Shown piece by piece: positions 25,737 through 38,795 of a stretch of 64,000 nucleotides of DNA (its first letter is position 1; every line of letters begins with the position of its first letter). Made by a program: the position numbers and the translations under genes. The notes under the pieces are model-generated. The model was not told where the DNA came from. It saw only the letters and a list, made by a program, of their open reading frames with translations, and did no database searches. This DNA comes from Chiloscyllium plagiosum (taxonomy: Eukaryota), in contig NC_057719.1 in NCBI RefSeq assembly GCF_004010195.1, positions 8,455,604 to 8,519,603 of the forward strand. Direction: 5' to 3'.

Positions 25737-26472
25737 CTGTGGTTCTGTTCGCCGAGCTGGAAGTTTTTGTTGCAAACGTTTCGTCCCCTGTCTAGGTGAC
25801 ATCCTCAGTGCTTGGGAGCCTCCTGTGAAGCGCTTCTGTGGTGTTTCCTCCGGCATTTATAGTGGCCTGTCCCTGCCGCTTCCGGTTGTCAGTTTCAGCT
25901 TTGTTTAGGAAAAGCAGGAGGCGTAATCTGGGAAATTACAGGCTGGTGAAATTATTAGCTGTCTTCCTGTTTGTCCTATATAGTGTTTTGTGCAGTCCTT
26001 GCATGGATTTTGTACACTACATTAGTTTTGCTCATGCTGGGTATCGGACAACCCAGGACAAACAGGAAGACAGCTAACAATCCGCATCCATGAACATCAA
26101 CTAGCCACGAAACGCCACGACCAGCTATCCTTAGTAGCCACACACGCAGACGACAAGCAACATGAATTCGACTGGGACAACACTACCATTATAGGGCAAG
26201 CCAAACAAAGAACAGCCAGGGAATTCGTAGAAGCATGGCACTCATCCACAAACTCCATCAACAAACACATTGACCTGGACCCAATATACCGGCCACTACA
26301 GCGGACAGCTGAAACTGACAACCGGAAGCGGCAGGGACAGGCCACTATAAATGCCAGAGGAAACACCACAGAAGCGCTTCACAGGAGGCTCCCAAGCACT
26401 GAGGATGTCACCTAGACAGGGGACGAAACGTTTGCAACAAAAATTTCCAGCTCGGCGAACAGAACCACAACA
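25737..26472. mobile_element. Penelope-like element (Poseidon-like, family D): GIY-YIG endonuclease 3' region with inverted pLTRs, inside a CR1 fragment
   Basis: Plus frame from ~26056: GQTGRQLTIRIHEHQLATKRHDQLSLVATHADDKQHEFDWDNTTIIGQAKQRTAREFVEAWHSSTNSINKHIDLDPIYRPL...; minus ~25957-26040: NVVYKI-CKDCTKHYIGQTGRQL; pLTR copies 25737-25898(-) and ~26309-26472(+). Confidence 0.88.
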
Positions 26473-27548
26473 GTTAACATATATGTTATCTTGGAGAAAG
26501 TGAGGATTGCAGGTGCTGCAGCGTCAGAGTCAAAAAGTGAGGTGCTGGAAAAGCACAGCAGGTCAGGCAGCACCCAAGGAGCAGGAGAGTCGACATTTCA
26601 GGCATAAGCCCTTCATCAGGAATGTTCAATTCCCAGTCAGGGAATAGCATTTCTGAGTGTGTATGTTATCTTGTTAGGTAGTTCGATAGGTTTATGTTCA
26701 GCTAATTTTGAATATTCTTAGTTCATCTGTATTTTAACTGGAGTGAGAGTAAAGGATGGAGAAAGTGTGGACTGAGGATGCTGGAGATCAGAGTCAAGAG
26801 TGTGGTGCTGGAAAAGCACAGCAGGTCAGGCAGCTTCCTCAGATATTGCCTGACCAGCTGTGCTTTTCCAGCACCACACTCTCAACTGAGAGTGTAGGAT
26901 GTTTTGCTTCAAGTCTGGCAGTTTGACCAATCAAATTGCATCCAGAACACAATGCCTTACACTTGCCTTCAAACTAAGAAAATGTTAGGTCTAGGTTATC
27001 TTCTTAATATATTTTGAGGAGGTTTGGGACATATCTGGTCCATAACGAGATGTATAAAATTGTGAGGGGCACAGACAGGGTAGACAGGAAGAAACCTTTC
27101 CCACTGCAGTCTGCAGTCATTGTTTTTACCTTGTAAAGGATCAATGACCAGGGGCCGTGAGGAGAAATGTTTTCACTCAGAGGACGGTGGGAATCTGGAA
27201 CTCGCTGTCTGGAAGGGTGGGAGAGGCAGAAACCCTCATCACATTGAAGAAGGATTTAGATGTGCACTGGTAATGCCAAGGCTTGCAAGGGGATGGGTGA
27301 AGTGCTGGAAAATTAGGTTAGAATAGTTAGGTGGTTGCTTTTAACAGTGCAGACTCGATGGGCTGAAAGGCCTTTACCTGTGCTGTTGATCTCTATGACA
27401 CGATGACTACAATCATGTACAAAATTGGATAACATATCATGTGTATGAACTTGGTCTGAAAGGTGGAAGGAGCATTGTTGGATAGAGGTAGGAGGGTGTG
27501 AATGTGTGACCTTTTTTACTGGAGAACTATTAGCTGTAAAAATGTTAT

Positions 27549-27774
27549 TTTCTGGATTAGAGTGGGGCTGGAAAAGCACAGCAGTTCAGGCAGGATCCGA
27601 GGAGCAGGAAAATCGACGTTTTGGGCAAAAGCCCTTCATCTATTCCTGATGAAGGGCTTTTGCCCGAAATGTCGATTTTCCTGCTCCTTGGATTCTGCCT
27701 GAACTGCTGTGCTTTTCCAGCACCACTCTAATCCAGAATCTGGATTCCAGCATCTGCAGTCATTGTTTTTACCT
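27549..27774. mobile_element. Hairpin-shaped family A pLTR dimer with 14-bp TSD
   Basis: ~90-bp near-perfect inverted arms meeting at cccttcatc-tattcct-gatgaaggg; TSD tgtaaaaatgttat at 27535-27548 and 27775-27788; hammerhead core CUGAUGA 27646-27652, GAAA 27666-27669. Confidence 0.9.
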
Positions 27775-28088
27775 TGTAAAAATGTTATAAAATCATTGCT
27801 TTGTATCAGATCGGAGAATTGTGTGTAGTCATTGATGGCTTCACATCCCATGCATGAATGAAAATATCATTTAGACAAAGAAGCCTAAGTCTCATTTTGT
27901 CTTTAAGGGATCAAAAGGTTAAAAATGTTTCCTTTCAATGTTGACCCTACTCTGAATCCCAGCAGACAGGGTCACTGGGATAGGTCCCTTGTTCCAACTT
28001 GCTTCCAGCAAAATAAAACAGGAGCAGTAACAGACTTCCCCATGAGTCACCCAGGAGTCCTTCCCAAGAGCTGGATGATGTGGCCTTT

Positions 28089-28445
28089 GGAGAAATTGAG
28101 GACTGCAGGTGCTGGAGAGTCACAGTCAAAAAGTGAGGTGCTGGAAAATCACAGCCGGTCAGGCAGCATCCGAGGAGCAGGAGACTTGACATTTTGAGCA
28201 TATGCCCTTCATCAGGAATGCGGGAAGGCCCATGGAGCCTGAGAGATAAATGGGAGGTGGGGTGGGGCTGTTGGGAAGGTAGCTGGGAATGCAATAGGTA
28301 GATGAAAGTGGGTGGGGTGGGGTGGTGATGGTGATAGTTTGGAGAGGAGGATGGAGCAGATAGGTAGGAAGGACGATGGACAGGTAGAACAGTTCAAGAG
28401 GGCAGTGCCGAGTTAGAGGGCTGGATCTGGGATAAGGTGGGGGGA
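28089..28445 (-). mobile_element. Family A Penelope-like 3' end with longer internal non-coding segment
   Basis: pLTR motif cccttcatcaggaat at ~28205-28219 followed by a purine-rich tract also present at ~48030-48270. Confidence 0.75.
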
Positions 28446-29449
28446 GGGGTCTGGCAAATTTACTTGGTAGCCATTTCCCTAGCTCCAGGATTACTCACCT
28501 TCAAAGGAACTTCCGTGGTACTGACTCAGGACTCTGCTGCTCCATGAGGCCCTTTAGAATGTTGAGGGGCTCAATTTCTGTGGTGGCCCAGTTGCAGAGC
28601 TGGCAACGGAGGATGGCAGATGCCGAAAGCACAGGGAGGACATGTCACTATGGTCCTACAGGCCAGGGGCTGACCACAAAATGACAAGATGTCATCATAG
28701 AGAGGACTTGCAACAAATGGAGATCTGTCCCATGGAGATTCTGGGCCTGAATAACACCAACCAGACCACCAATCCATTCCTCACAGAATTACATCTACCG
28801 GCTCACTACCATCTCCTTTGTAGAAATGGAATTGATAATCTCATGAACCTGGGATAAATGGCTTATTTTATGAGAACAGGGTAGGCCAAATCAAATGCGA
28901 GATGATATTATTGAAAAGCATTAGTTACTGAGGGAACTGGATGAAGTGGTCACCTGGATTTTGTTTCCTTTAGTGAGGGGGACCAGCACTAGGGGACACA
29001 GTTCAAAGAATAAAAGGTAAGCCTTTGTGAGACAGCAATAGAGTTTTCTCTTAGAGGCTGGCTAGAGTGAAGGAAGTAGAGGTTTAAAATGATTCAAAAC
29101 TGAGACAGATTTTTTGATAGACCAAGGAGTCAAGGCTGATGCAGAGCAGACAGGAAAATAGACAATAATCAAATCAGCCATGATCCCTTTGAATGGCAGA
29201 GGAGATTAAAAGGACCAAATGATGTACTCCTGTTCCTAAATCCTACGTTCCTATGAATCTGGGTTATTTTACTCTTCACCGGCGTTTTTCTCTAACATTA
29301 ATCTCCCTTTCTTGGTCTATCCAAAATTCAACCCATAATTGTTTCATTGCTCTGAGTGAGATATGCATTGCACAGCAGACTTATTCACACACTTGCCTTA
29401 TTTAAATCAGTTCAGGCAGTTCACTAAATTATAAATACTTTCCCCGTTT

Positions 29450-29805
29450 TGGGGCAGCATGGTGGCTCAGTGGTTAGCACTGCTGCCTCACAGTGCCACA
29501 GACCTTTCAATTGCCCCCCTCAGGCAACTGTCTGTATCAAATCTGCACATTCTCTCCTGTGTCTGCTTGGGTTTCCTTCAGATGCTCTGGTTTCTTCCCA
29601 AAGTCTGAAGAGGTGCAGGTTAGTTGGACTGGCTATGATGAATTGCCCCATAGTGTCTAGTGATGGGCAGGCTGGGTGGACTGGCCATGGGAAATGTAGA
29701 GTTACAGGGATGGGGTGGGTCTGGCTGGGATGCTCTTCAGAGGGTTGGCATGAACTTGATGGGCTGAATGGCCTGCTTCCACACTGTAGGGATTCTATGA
29801 TTCTG
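29450..29805 (+). mobile_element. HE1-type SINE, full length
   Basis: gggcagcatggtggctcagtggttagcactgctgcctcacag...gattctatgattct. Confidence 0.9.
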
Positions 29806-29914
29806 TAACCACGGGAGTGCCAGAGGTTCTGTTTACTCTCTGAGAGCTTGCTCTGAGGGAGCTGGATCAGTGAGTGAAGGATTCTTCACCTTTCTGAAGA
29901 AAAACAAATCAGGA

Positions 29915-30660
29915 GATTCAGTTCCAGGCAGTGGACCGTGGAGGGGGTTGTAGTGGCCGACTGCCTGCCCCTCTTCTGTGGTTACATCCGAGCCCGGGTG
30001 TCCTTGGAAAAGGAGTACGTGGTGTCCACCAACTCCCTCGAGCTGTTCAGGGAGAGGTGGGTGCCGCAAGGAGTGGAGTGTTTTATTTCCCCCTCCAACT
30101 CTATTTTGATTTAATCCCTACCCTCCCCTTCACTGTTTGATCACACAGCACTGCCCTTTGATGTGAAGGGCACTGCTTGTCACTGGCCACTCGGGTGTTT
30201 CCTTTCTTCCTGGTGGTGGAACATACATAAAGATTTACACACTTGATTGCTCTTCACTATGTCTGACACCTGCACACACACAACATAGGTGCTGAGGAAA
30301 AAATAAGCACTATCACTGTTAGGTGGTAGTGTGGGGGAAAATTTAATAAGAAAAACAAAAGAAAAAAAACCCTGAAAATTCAGTTCCAGACAGTGCGCTG
30401 TGGTGGGGGGGGGTTGTTAGGGCCGATTGCCTGCCCCTCTTCTGTGGTTATGCTCAAGCCCGCGTGTCCCTGGAGAAGGAACACGTGGCATCCACCAACA
30501 CACTTGAGCTGTTCAGGGAGAGGTGGGCACTGCAGGGAGTGGAGTGTTTTACTCTATTTTGATTTAATCCCTGCCCTCCCCTTTACTGTTCGATCGCACA
30601 ACATCGCTCTTTGTTGATGTCACTGGCCACTTGGATGTTTCCTTTCTTCCTGGTGATGGG
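29915..30660 (+). mobile_element. Two tandem Tx1/L1-clade 3' ends
   Basis: RQWTVEGVVVADCLPLFCGYIRARVSLEKEYVVSTNSLELFRERWVPQGVECFISPSNSILI* resembles Tx1-type ORF2 C-termini (from memory); second copy from ~30378; older copy at ~56400-56620. Confidence 0.65.
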
Positions 30661-33017
30661 ATGTCAATGTAGAAAACAACTAAGGCTATTTTCATTAATA
30701 TTTCCCTCATTTTCAAACTGCATGAGGAAGTTAATCTCTCAAATGACTTTGGTTTTATTACACTTGCTGGAATCTTTTAATTAATTTTACAGTAACTGAA
30801 TTTAGAACGTTGTTCACTGTGTCCTGCACATGGGTGCTGGGCAGTAGTGCGGTGGAGAAAAGAGAAGAAGAAAAGGACAGAAGCATCAGACATGTCTGTG
30901 CTCTCTGAGAGCTGGCTCTGAGGGAGCTGGGTCAGTGTCGCGGACTCCCCATTTATGTCAGGTGACTGACTCTGAGCTGGCTGGGCCACAGTCACTGGGT
31001 TCCTGCTGTTGTTGGTTTCTGTTGGGTGAAAAAAAATAAACAGGAGATTCAGAGAGTCTCCTCATTCTAAGGACTGGCTCTGAGTTGGCTGGTCAGAACC
31101 CGTGTGCTGTGCGTAGGCAAATAAAGGGTGACTTGGTGACTGGATACCAGCCTTTGTGCAGTGATTTCACAGACTGTTCCATCCAACCAGTCCACGTTGA
31201 CCAAGTTTCCCAAGTTAAACCAGTGCCACATGCCTGTGTTTGTCCCATATCCCTCCAATCCTTTCCTAATCATGAACTTATCCAAGTAATGTTTAAGTGT
31301 TGCAACTGTACCTGCGTCCACCACTTCCTCTAGCAGTTCATTCCACATACGGACCACTGTCTGTGGTAAAAGAGTTGACCCATGACTTTTTAAAAACTTC
31401 CTCCTCTCACCTTAAAAATATGCCAAAAAACAAAAGAAATGAAAAACAACAAACAGGAGATTCAAAAAATCTCCCTAGTCTAGGGGAAAGATTTAAAAGG
31501 GACTTAAGGGGCAACTTTTTCATGCAGAGGGTGGTGTGTGTATGGAATGAGCTGCCAGAGGAAGTGGTGGAGGCTGGTACAATTACAACATTTAAAAGGC
31601 ATCAGGATGAGTATGTGAATAGGAAGAATTTAGAGGGATATGGGCCAAATGCTGACAAATGGGACTAGATTAATTTAGGATATCTGGTCGGCATGGATGA
31701 GTTGGACTAAAGGGTCTGTTTCATTGCTGTCCATCTCTAAGACTCTCTAACTCTATGACTGGCTGTGAGCGGGCTGATCGGAGCCCACTTACTGTGCACG
31801 TGTAAATAAAGGGTGACTTGGTGAGGGGATACTGGCTGCTGTGAAATTATTTCAGAATCTTTACCTAGTTTGGCCTGAGGGTGACAAGCCTGATTCTGAA
31901 CTGCTCTCTGGACTGACTTTACCAAAGCCACACAAATTACTATGAGGTGTCTCAAGAAGAGAATTACCTTTCCAAAAGAATTAAGAGTACACAATCACTA
32001 AAGGCTTTAGCATGAAACCCATATTCTGACAATGATTTTTCTTTAAACTACACGATGATCTCCAGGTGCCTGACAACTAAGGCTATTTTCATTAATATTT
32101 CCCTCATTTTCAAACTACATGAAGAAGTTAATCTCTCAAATGACTTTGGTTTTATTAAACTTGCTGGAATCTTTTAATTAATTTTACAGTAACTGAATTT
32201 AGAAATTAATTTACTCTCAATGATATTTTGCAGAATACAATTTTCAGGGCTTCATTGAAGGTCTAAATCTGATAAAGGTTTCCTTGAACAGAGCTTTAAT
32301 GTCAGACTGTTACAGTGGGTAACCATTGCACCCTCTTAGTTGGTTTCGAACCCAGATTAAGAAACTTAAGCACATTACCCAGATGGGAACTGCCAGTGTT
32401 GGACTGAGGGAGCTCTGCATTGTGTAAGCGCCTAGTGCCCTATTTCCAAGAATTCTTGGCTAATACATCCCCCTCGACCACCATTGCTGAAAAACAATAT
32501 GTGATATCTTCACACTTCTATTTGTGAAAGCTTGCTGTGTGAAGATTGGCTGCTGTTTCTCCCACATTATAACACACCTGATCGATTGCAAATTGCCTTT
32601 AGACATGCTGAAGATGCTATAGAAGGGTAAGAGGTGAGAAATTTGTTTACCCTGACTTCTGGGCATGGGGAATTGTGACTTACTCAGCGCCTGCCATTGC
32701 TGAGAAGGATGAAGGATGTAAAATTGATGGACGCACATCCTCCAATGCAGTGCTCCGAACTTTGGCACACTCTGAATATTGTTGGACAGCTCTTCACAAA
32801 GCAGACTAACCCGGCAATTTTAGCTACTGATCCATAGGCTGCAGGCAACAAAATGCTTCTTAAAGGTAGTCTCTCCCTTAAAAGGGGAGATGAGCACAAG
32901 AACAATAGGTGTAATGGAAGAGAGGTGGTAGTGAGGTACCAGATTGCTGCCTGAAGCAACATTCTCCTCATAATATCTCCTGGTTTCTCTCCTTTGGAAA
33001 AGGTAGACAATTTAGAA

Positions 33018-33520
33018 GGGCTGAATCTTATGTCTTTTTTTGGTTAAGTCTGAGTTGCATTGAAGCTTTGGGAAGGTTTGTCCCTGAGAGGCCTAGTGAG
33101 TTTCCTCAACTTATCTTACCAAACTTGCCATATTAATAACCCACCTCCCCCATCTTACCATGTGGTGATTCTGGAATAACTTACCAGTGAGTGGATATCC
33201 TGGAATTCACCGGTATTCCATTGCCCCTTGTCCTCTTTGTAGAGCCAGACAAGTGCTGCCAGTCCAGAGCTGCCCTGCACAGACCCTGACATTTACCCTG
33301 GATGTGGCAGACAGGGGGCATTCGGTGTCCTGCTGTACTGGGCAGTGACTTGGATGTTCTGGTGGGTGAGACATCCTTTTTCTCCAGAACTGGCAGTGCA
33401 GGTCCAATACCAGACCATGCCCACCTGGTCCATGGTTACCACCCGAGTCAGTGCAGTCTTATCTGTATGGTGGAATGCCCAGCAATGCAGGAAGAAAGTC
33501 ACCATCTTCTCTCTGAAACT
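33018..33520 (+). mobile_element. Possible PIF/Harbinger transposon remnant (Myb/SANT-like ORF)
   Basis: Frame-shifted ..SDLDVLV.. and TMPTWSMVTTRVSAVLSVWWNAQQCRKKV resemble the trihelix W..VA..V.A......QCRKK pattern; begins gggctgaatctt. Confidence 0.45.
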
Positions 33521-36009
33521 CTGTCTCTCCTTCTGTACCCACTCTCACCAAGACTCATGCTTTCCCCTCTCTCTCTTTATTGCCTGCAACACCTTCCCTC
33601 ATTCGCCCTCACCCAACCCAACTCCTCTCTGCACTGCCAACTCACTCACTTGGGACAACTACCAACAGTAACAGCCATTTCACTCCATTTCATCTCCTTC
33701 CATATCTCCCTGTCTCTCATTCCAGGAGGAAAACAGCCCTCGATAGGACAGAAAGAGCCACCAAAATTGTGGGCTATTAATGCTGGAAAATGCAGCAGCT
33801 AATTTGCACATTGCAAACTCCCATCAACAGCAATATGCTGGGGGAAAAAGGAAGTTTAATTTTGTGTTTCACGTGTTTTGGAAATTAAATTTACATTCGA
33901 AGGTGTAGCTGGAAGAAAAGTCACTTTTGTCAAATCTTTTCATCTTGCAATCAACAGGACAACACACAAGAATATCAATGCAAAGCTTAAAGAACATGTA
34001 GGTTAAACGAGAGGATGGTGCTGATTGGTTGGTAAGGTGTCTCTGGTTGGTACAGGTGTTGCTACGGAGCATTGGGCAATCAAAATTGATCAGAACAGGG
34101 AAGCAGCACTCCCATTGGTGCACCTGGATGTTAGCTACTCTTATTGTTACAACTGTATAGAATGTCAGTTAGGCCATGGCTAGAGTATTGTGAGCAGTTT
34201 TTTTAATAATTCATTTGTGGGTCATGGGCATCACTGGCTGGCCAGTATTGAAGCCCAACCCGATTTGCTCTTGAGAAGATGGTGGTGAGCTGCCTTCTTG
34301 AATTGCTGCAGCCCACTTGCTGCGGATTGACCCACAATGCCGGTAGGGAGGGAATTCCAGGATTTTGATCCAATGACTGTGAAGGATCGGTGGTATATTT
34401 CCAAGTCAGCGTGATGACTGGCTTGGAGGGGAACTTGCGGGTGATGGTGTTCCCAAGTACCTGCTGTCCTTCTCCTTCTAGATGGAAGTGGTCATGGGTT
34501 TGGAAGGTGCTGTCTAAGGGATATGATAGCACTGGAGAGGCTGCAGAGGGAGATTTACCAGTCTGGTGTCTGGCCTGGAGAGTTTCAATAATGAAGAGAA
34601 ATTGGACAGACTTGGAATTGCTTCCTCAGACAGAGGAGATTGAGAGGGGACATGACTGAGATGTATAAAATTAAAGTAGGCATAGACAACACCTTGAGTG
34701 AAACATTTCCCTTGAGTGAAAGGATCAATGACTGGGGCCCTTAGATTTAAGTGAAGGAGAAACTCTTTTCACCCAGAGGATGGTGGGAATCTGGATTCAC
34801 TGCCTGGAGCAGAAACCCTCATAACATTTTAGAATTATTTTGATGTGCACTTGCAGTGCCCCAGGCATAGAAGGCTATGGGTGAAGTGCTGGATAATGGG
34901 TTTAGTCATGCAGTCATAGAGATGTACAGCATGGAAACAGACCCTTTGGTCCATGCCGACTAGATATCCCAACCCAATGTAGTCCCACCTGCCAGCACCC
35001 GGCCCATATCCCTCCAAACACTTCCTATTCATGGACCCATCCAAATGCCTCTTAAATGTTGCAATTGTACCAGCCTCCACCACATCCTCTTGCAGCGCAT
35101 TCCATATCGGATTCTGTGCTGTGAACTTTGCCCAAACAGGTTCCTCCAAGATCAGTGTGAATTTCACTGCTTGTTAATTTTCCCAGAGGCACTCAGATAT
35201 CCAGCGATATGTGAATTCAAACATCAAAAGCAGTAACTGTAATAGAATAGTTCAGTGATTGATTTTGACTGGTGCAGATGCAATGGGCCGAAGGGCCTTT
35301 CTGTTCTGTCGATTGACTTGATGACTCTATGACTCCCATCGACTCGATAATGGGATTGAATCGTACTTAAAATTATTAGTTGATGTCATGATCAGCTGTC
35401 AGGATTTCAAAATACTGTGGAGATTTTTAACTTGTAATTTTAAAACGTGTCAACTTGTAAAATTTTAAAAAGTCTGTGACGGTACTGTAGCTTTAAGAGA
35501 GATGTGCTCTGTACTGTTTCTCTCGAAGAGACGTGTGGCCACAGTGGTAGTGAATGTCTGCTTCAGAAGCAGTGGGTAAACCGTATAGGCTCTAAGTTAT
35601 TTATTAATCAGACTGGGTGGAGACAGGCTCACACTGACCCAGGTTTTTAGTTTTGCTTTCAGTCAAGGTTTTTTGGAATTGAAGCTGCTAGATATTGCTC
35701 TCTCTCTCTCTCTGCAGCAAAAAGCATCAGTTCTCTCTCTGCTGCTCGATTGTTTCTTTCAGTGTTCACTTTCCCTAGACTGGAGGAGATAGCACATGAG
35801 GAAAATCTGTTTTACTGAATTTGCTTTTGCTAACGGTGCGTTGCTGGGATGCTACTATGTTGAAACACTTGGTGATAAGTAAATAATATTATTTTATTAA
35901 ATATTACAATAGAGTTACGCCAATCCTTCTTTTTTGTTTGTATTTTGAGTGCATTGTAAGAACAAAGTGTATTTTGCTGAAAGCCTAGTAGTTCAATCAA
36001 TCGAATCAC

Positions 36010-36540
36010 ATCTGGAATATTCTGTGCAATTCTGGTCTCCTTCCTATTGGAAGGATGTTGTAAAACCTGAAAATGTTCAGAAAAGATTTACAAGGGTGTT
36101 GCCAGGGTTGGAGGGTTTGAGCCATAGAGAGAGGCTTAATAGGCTGGGGTTGTTTTTCCTGAAACATCAGAGGCTGAGGGGTGACCTTATAGAGATTTGC
36201 AAAATCATGAGGGGCATGGATAGGATAAATAGAAAAAGTATTTTCCCTGGGTTGGGCGAGTCCAGAGCTCGAGGGCATAGGTTTAAGATGGGAGGGGAAA
36301 GATATAAAAGGCACCTAAAGGGCAACATTTTCACGCAGCGGGTGATGTGTGTATGGAATGAGCTGCAAGAGGAAGTGGTGGAGGCTGGTACAATTACAAC
36401 ATTTAAAAGGCATCTGGATGGGTATATGAATAGAAACGGTTTGGAGGGATATGGGTCAAGTGCTGGCAAATGGGATTAGATTAGGTTAGGATATCTGGTC
36501 AGCATGGACCAATTGGACCGAAGGGTCTGTTTCTGTGCTC
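36010..36540 (+). mobile_element. CR1/HER1-like LINE 3' fragment
   Basis: HLEYSVQFWSPSYWKDVVK...RLNRLGLF...RGDLIE...TFKRHLDGYMNRNGLEGYG. Similar fragments at ~31170-31420(-), 31478-31760(+), 34910-35110(-), 39650-40117(+), 54240-54785(+), 54826-55217(-), 55540-55795(+), 58440-59630(+, interrupted). Confidence 0.9.
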
Positions 36541-36863
36541 TAATTCCCCATGACACGATGGAATGCAGTGCCTTCCACTTGCTGTTAAAAAAAATATAAA
36601 GTTAGGAGCTGAGCTACTTCCTTGATATATTTTGATATATTTTGGTCTGATCCCATAACAGACTGACACATCCAAAGATGGCTGTGGATATAAATTAAGT
36701 GGCTGCCTGGAGAGAGAAAAACACCTGCAGAATGTCACGTTTAAAGGTGTGAAGGGCCCTTCAAACAATAACCCTTTAAAGGGGGAAGAGACAAGTCAAA
36801 ACAGACTGAACTGTGAGCTCATTTAGTTAAAAAAAAGCAAAAGGCTTATAATATGGTCTTGTG

Positions 36864-37092
36864 CAGGTCATTCTGGTATAACATGTGTTTCGTCAGCGCA
36901 TATTGACTATGATGCGATTGATGACTTGTAGAAGCTGTTTGGATAATGTGAACTTTTTACTGAACAGACAAAGCAATTTTCTAATAGCGATCTTAGACAG
37001 CATGATTGTCTACAGCGGTTTTCCAGAGCATGATTTTCTATAGCATAAGGTTGCAAAGGAACACAACTATCATGTTATCGCAGGACGACCTG
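36864..37092. mobile_element. Tigger/pogo-like MITE
   Basis: TIRs caggtcattctggtataacatg / catgttatcgcaggacgacctg (18 of 22 complementary). Confidence 0.7.
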
Positions 37093-38085
37093 TGTAAGTA
37101 AGAGATACAATTAGTTTATTTGTTGGACAGTGTTAAACTCCAATGTTTGACTGTTTCCTTCATATGCTAATGCACAGAACTGAACTGTGTTTGTGACTAT
37201 GTAAAGATACAACATTTTTTTATGAATAAAGCATATTTTTGAAATTAAAAAAGCAGGGCTGATAATAAACCTGCTCTACAACAAACCAGCCACTGTGGGT
37301 TACATCCTGAGCCCTACCACAATCTGTTTTTACCTTTGAAAAATATCCAAGGAGAGAGGGTAAAAGGCTAGTTTCAAATGTATTGGAGTGAAATTGAGGT
37401 TCTTATGTGTGTTAGTAGGCTGGCATATGTGTGTAAAGTAGCCTGGGTTTGTGCAGTAGCCTTCTGTAAAGTTCACAGGTGAAGAGCTAACCCTTAGTCA
37501 CTATATGTTGGAGGGTAAGGGACTCTCACTCTGAGTTCTCACAGCTCTCCAGCTAGTCAGACAGAGAGAGAGGACCATACAAAAGACTCTTTGCCACTCT
37601 GACTGTTGGAATTCAGACATTGCAAAAAATGAATCTGAACAACAGAATCACACCCAACCTGCAAAGCTAAGAATCTTGAAGTTCCCTAAACCCCTCCCAA
37701 AGATAACATTTCCACTAACATCCACTGTAATCACCATAATGTTTAGCTACCCACCCGTCATGAACAATTCAGAGACTGATCCATATACTGGTTTTCTAAT
37801 TTTTATCATTTTGGGCTCACCTCTTCTAATCTGTGTTACGTTACTAATCACTTCCAGGTTTGTTAATTAATAAACTCACTCTTTGTTAACTCAAGAAGAC
37901 CTGGTTAAATGGGCTCCTTTTAAAACATAAATTTGTTCAGGTCTGGAAGAAAGGGAAGGCAACCATTTTTAAATGATGTGATAATCTGAGGAAGTGCATG
38001 AATGAAGAAGGGGAGCCAGGTCATCATTCCTCTTCAGGGAACTTAACCTGTTTGTAAATGCAACGATTTGAGGAATGTCATCTTA

Positions 38086-38795
38086 GATTAGATTACTTAC
38101 AGTGTGGAAACAGGCCTTTCGGCCCAACAAGTCCACAGCAAACCGCCGAAGCGCACCCACCCAGACCCATTCCCCTACACTTAACACTACAGGCAATTTA
38201 GCATGGCCAATTCACCTGACCTATACATTTTTGGACTGTGGGAGGAAACCCACACAGAGAAGGGAAGAATGTGCAAACTCCACACAGTCAGTCGCCTGAG
38301 GCGGGAATTGAACCCAGGTCTCTGATGCTGTGAGGTAGCAGTGCTAACCACTGTGCCACCGTGTGGGTCTTAATAATGAAGCTTCTCTAATCTGGATTAT
38401 TTAAAAGGTGGTTCCAGGCAGTCCCTATATTACAAATGGGTTCTTGTCCTGACTACGTCCATAAGTCAATCTGGGTGCAAGTTGGAACACAGTACAGCAT
38501 GAAGTATCAGTGGCTCAGTGGTTAGCACTGCTGCCTCTCAGCGCCAGAGGCCCGGGTTCAATTCCTGCCTCAGGTGACTGCCTACGTGGAGTTTGCACAT
38601 TCTCCCCGTGTCTGCGTGGGTTTCCTCCGGGTGCTCCGGTTTCCTCCCACAGTCCAAAGATGTGCAGGTCAGGTGAATTGGCCATGCTAAATTGCCCAGA
38701 GTGTTAGGTGAAGGGGTAAGTGTATGGGTGGGTTGCGGGTCGGTGTGGACTTGTTGGGCCGAAGGGCCTGTTTCCACACTGTAGGTAATCTATCT
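38086..38795. mobile_element. Two divergently oriented HE1-type SINEs (~38086-38365 minus, ~38510-38795 plus)
   Basis: HE1 motifs with taatc-type tails. Confidence 0.9.

Noticed and set aside
27549..27774. Classical DNA-transposon MITE or pre-miRNA interpretation of the hairpin
   Set aside because: Arms are unequal, TSD is 14 bp, and the same sequence is the terminal repeat of a GIY-YIG-bearing element at 10439-10846; small-RNA production cannot be excluded but has no support here.
28500..28860. GC-richer unique-looking stretch with short ORFs
   Set aside because: Could be a decayed transposon, but I cannot identify any motif to support a call.
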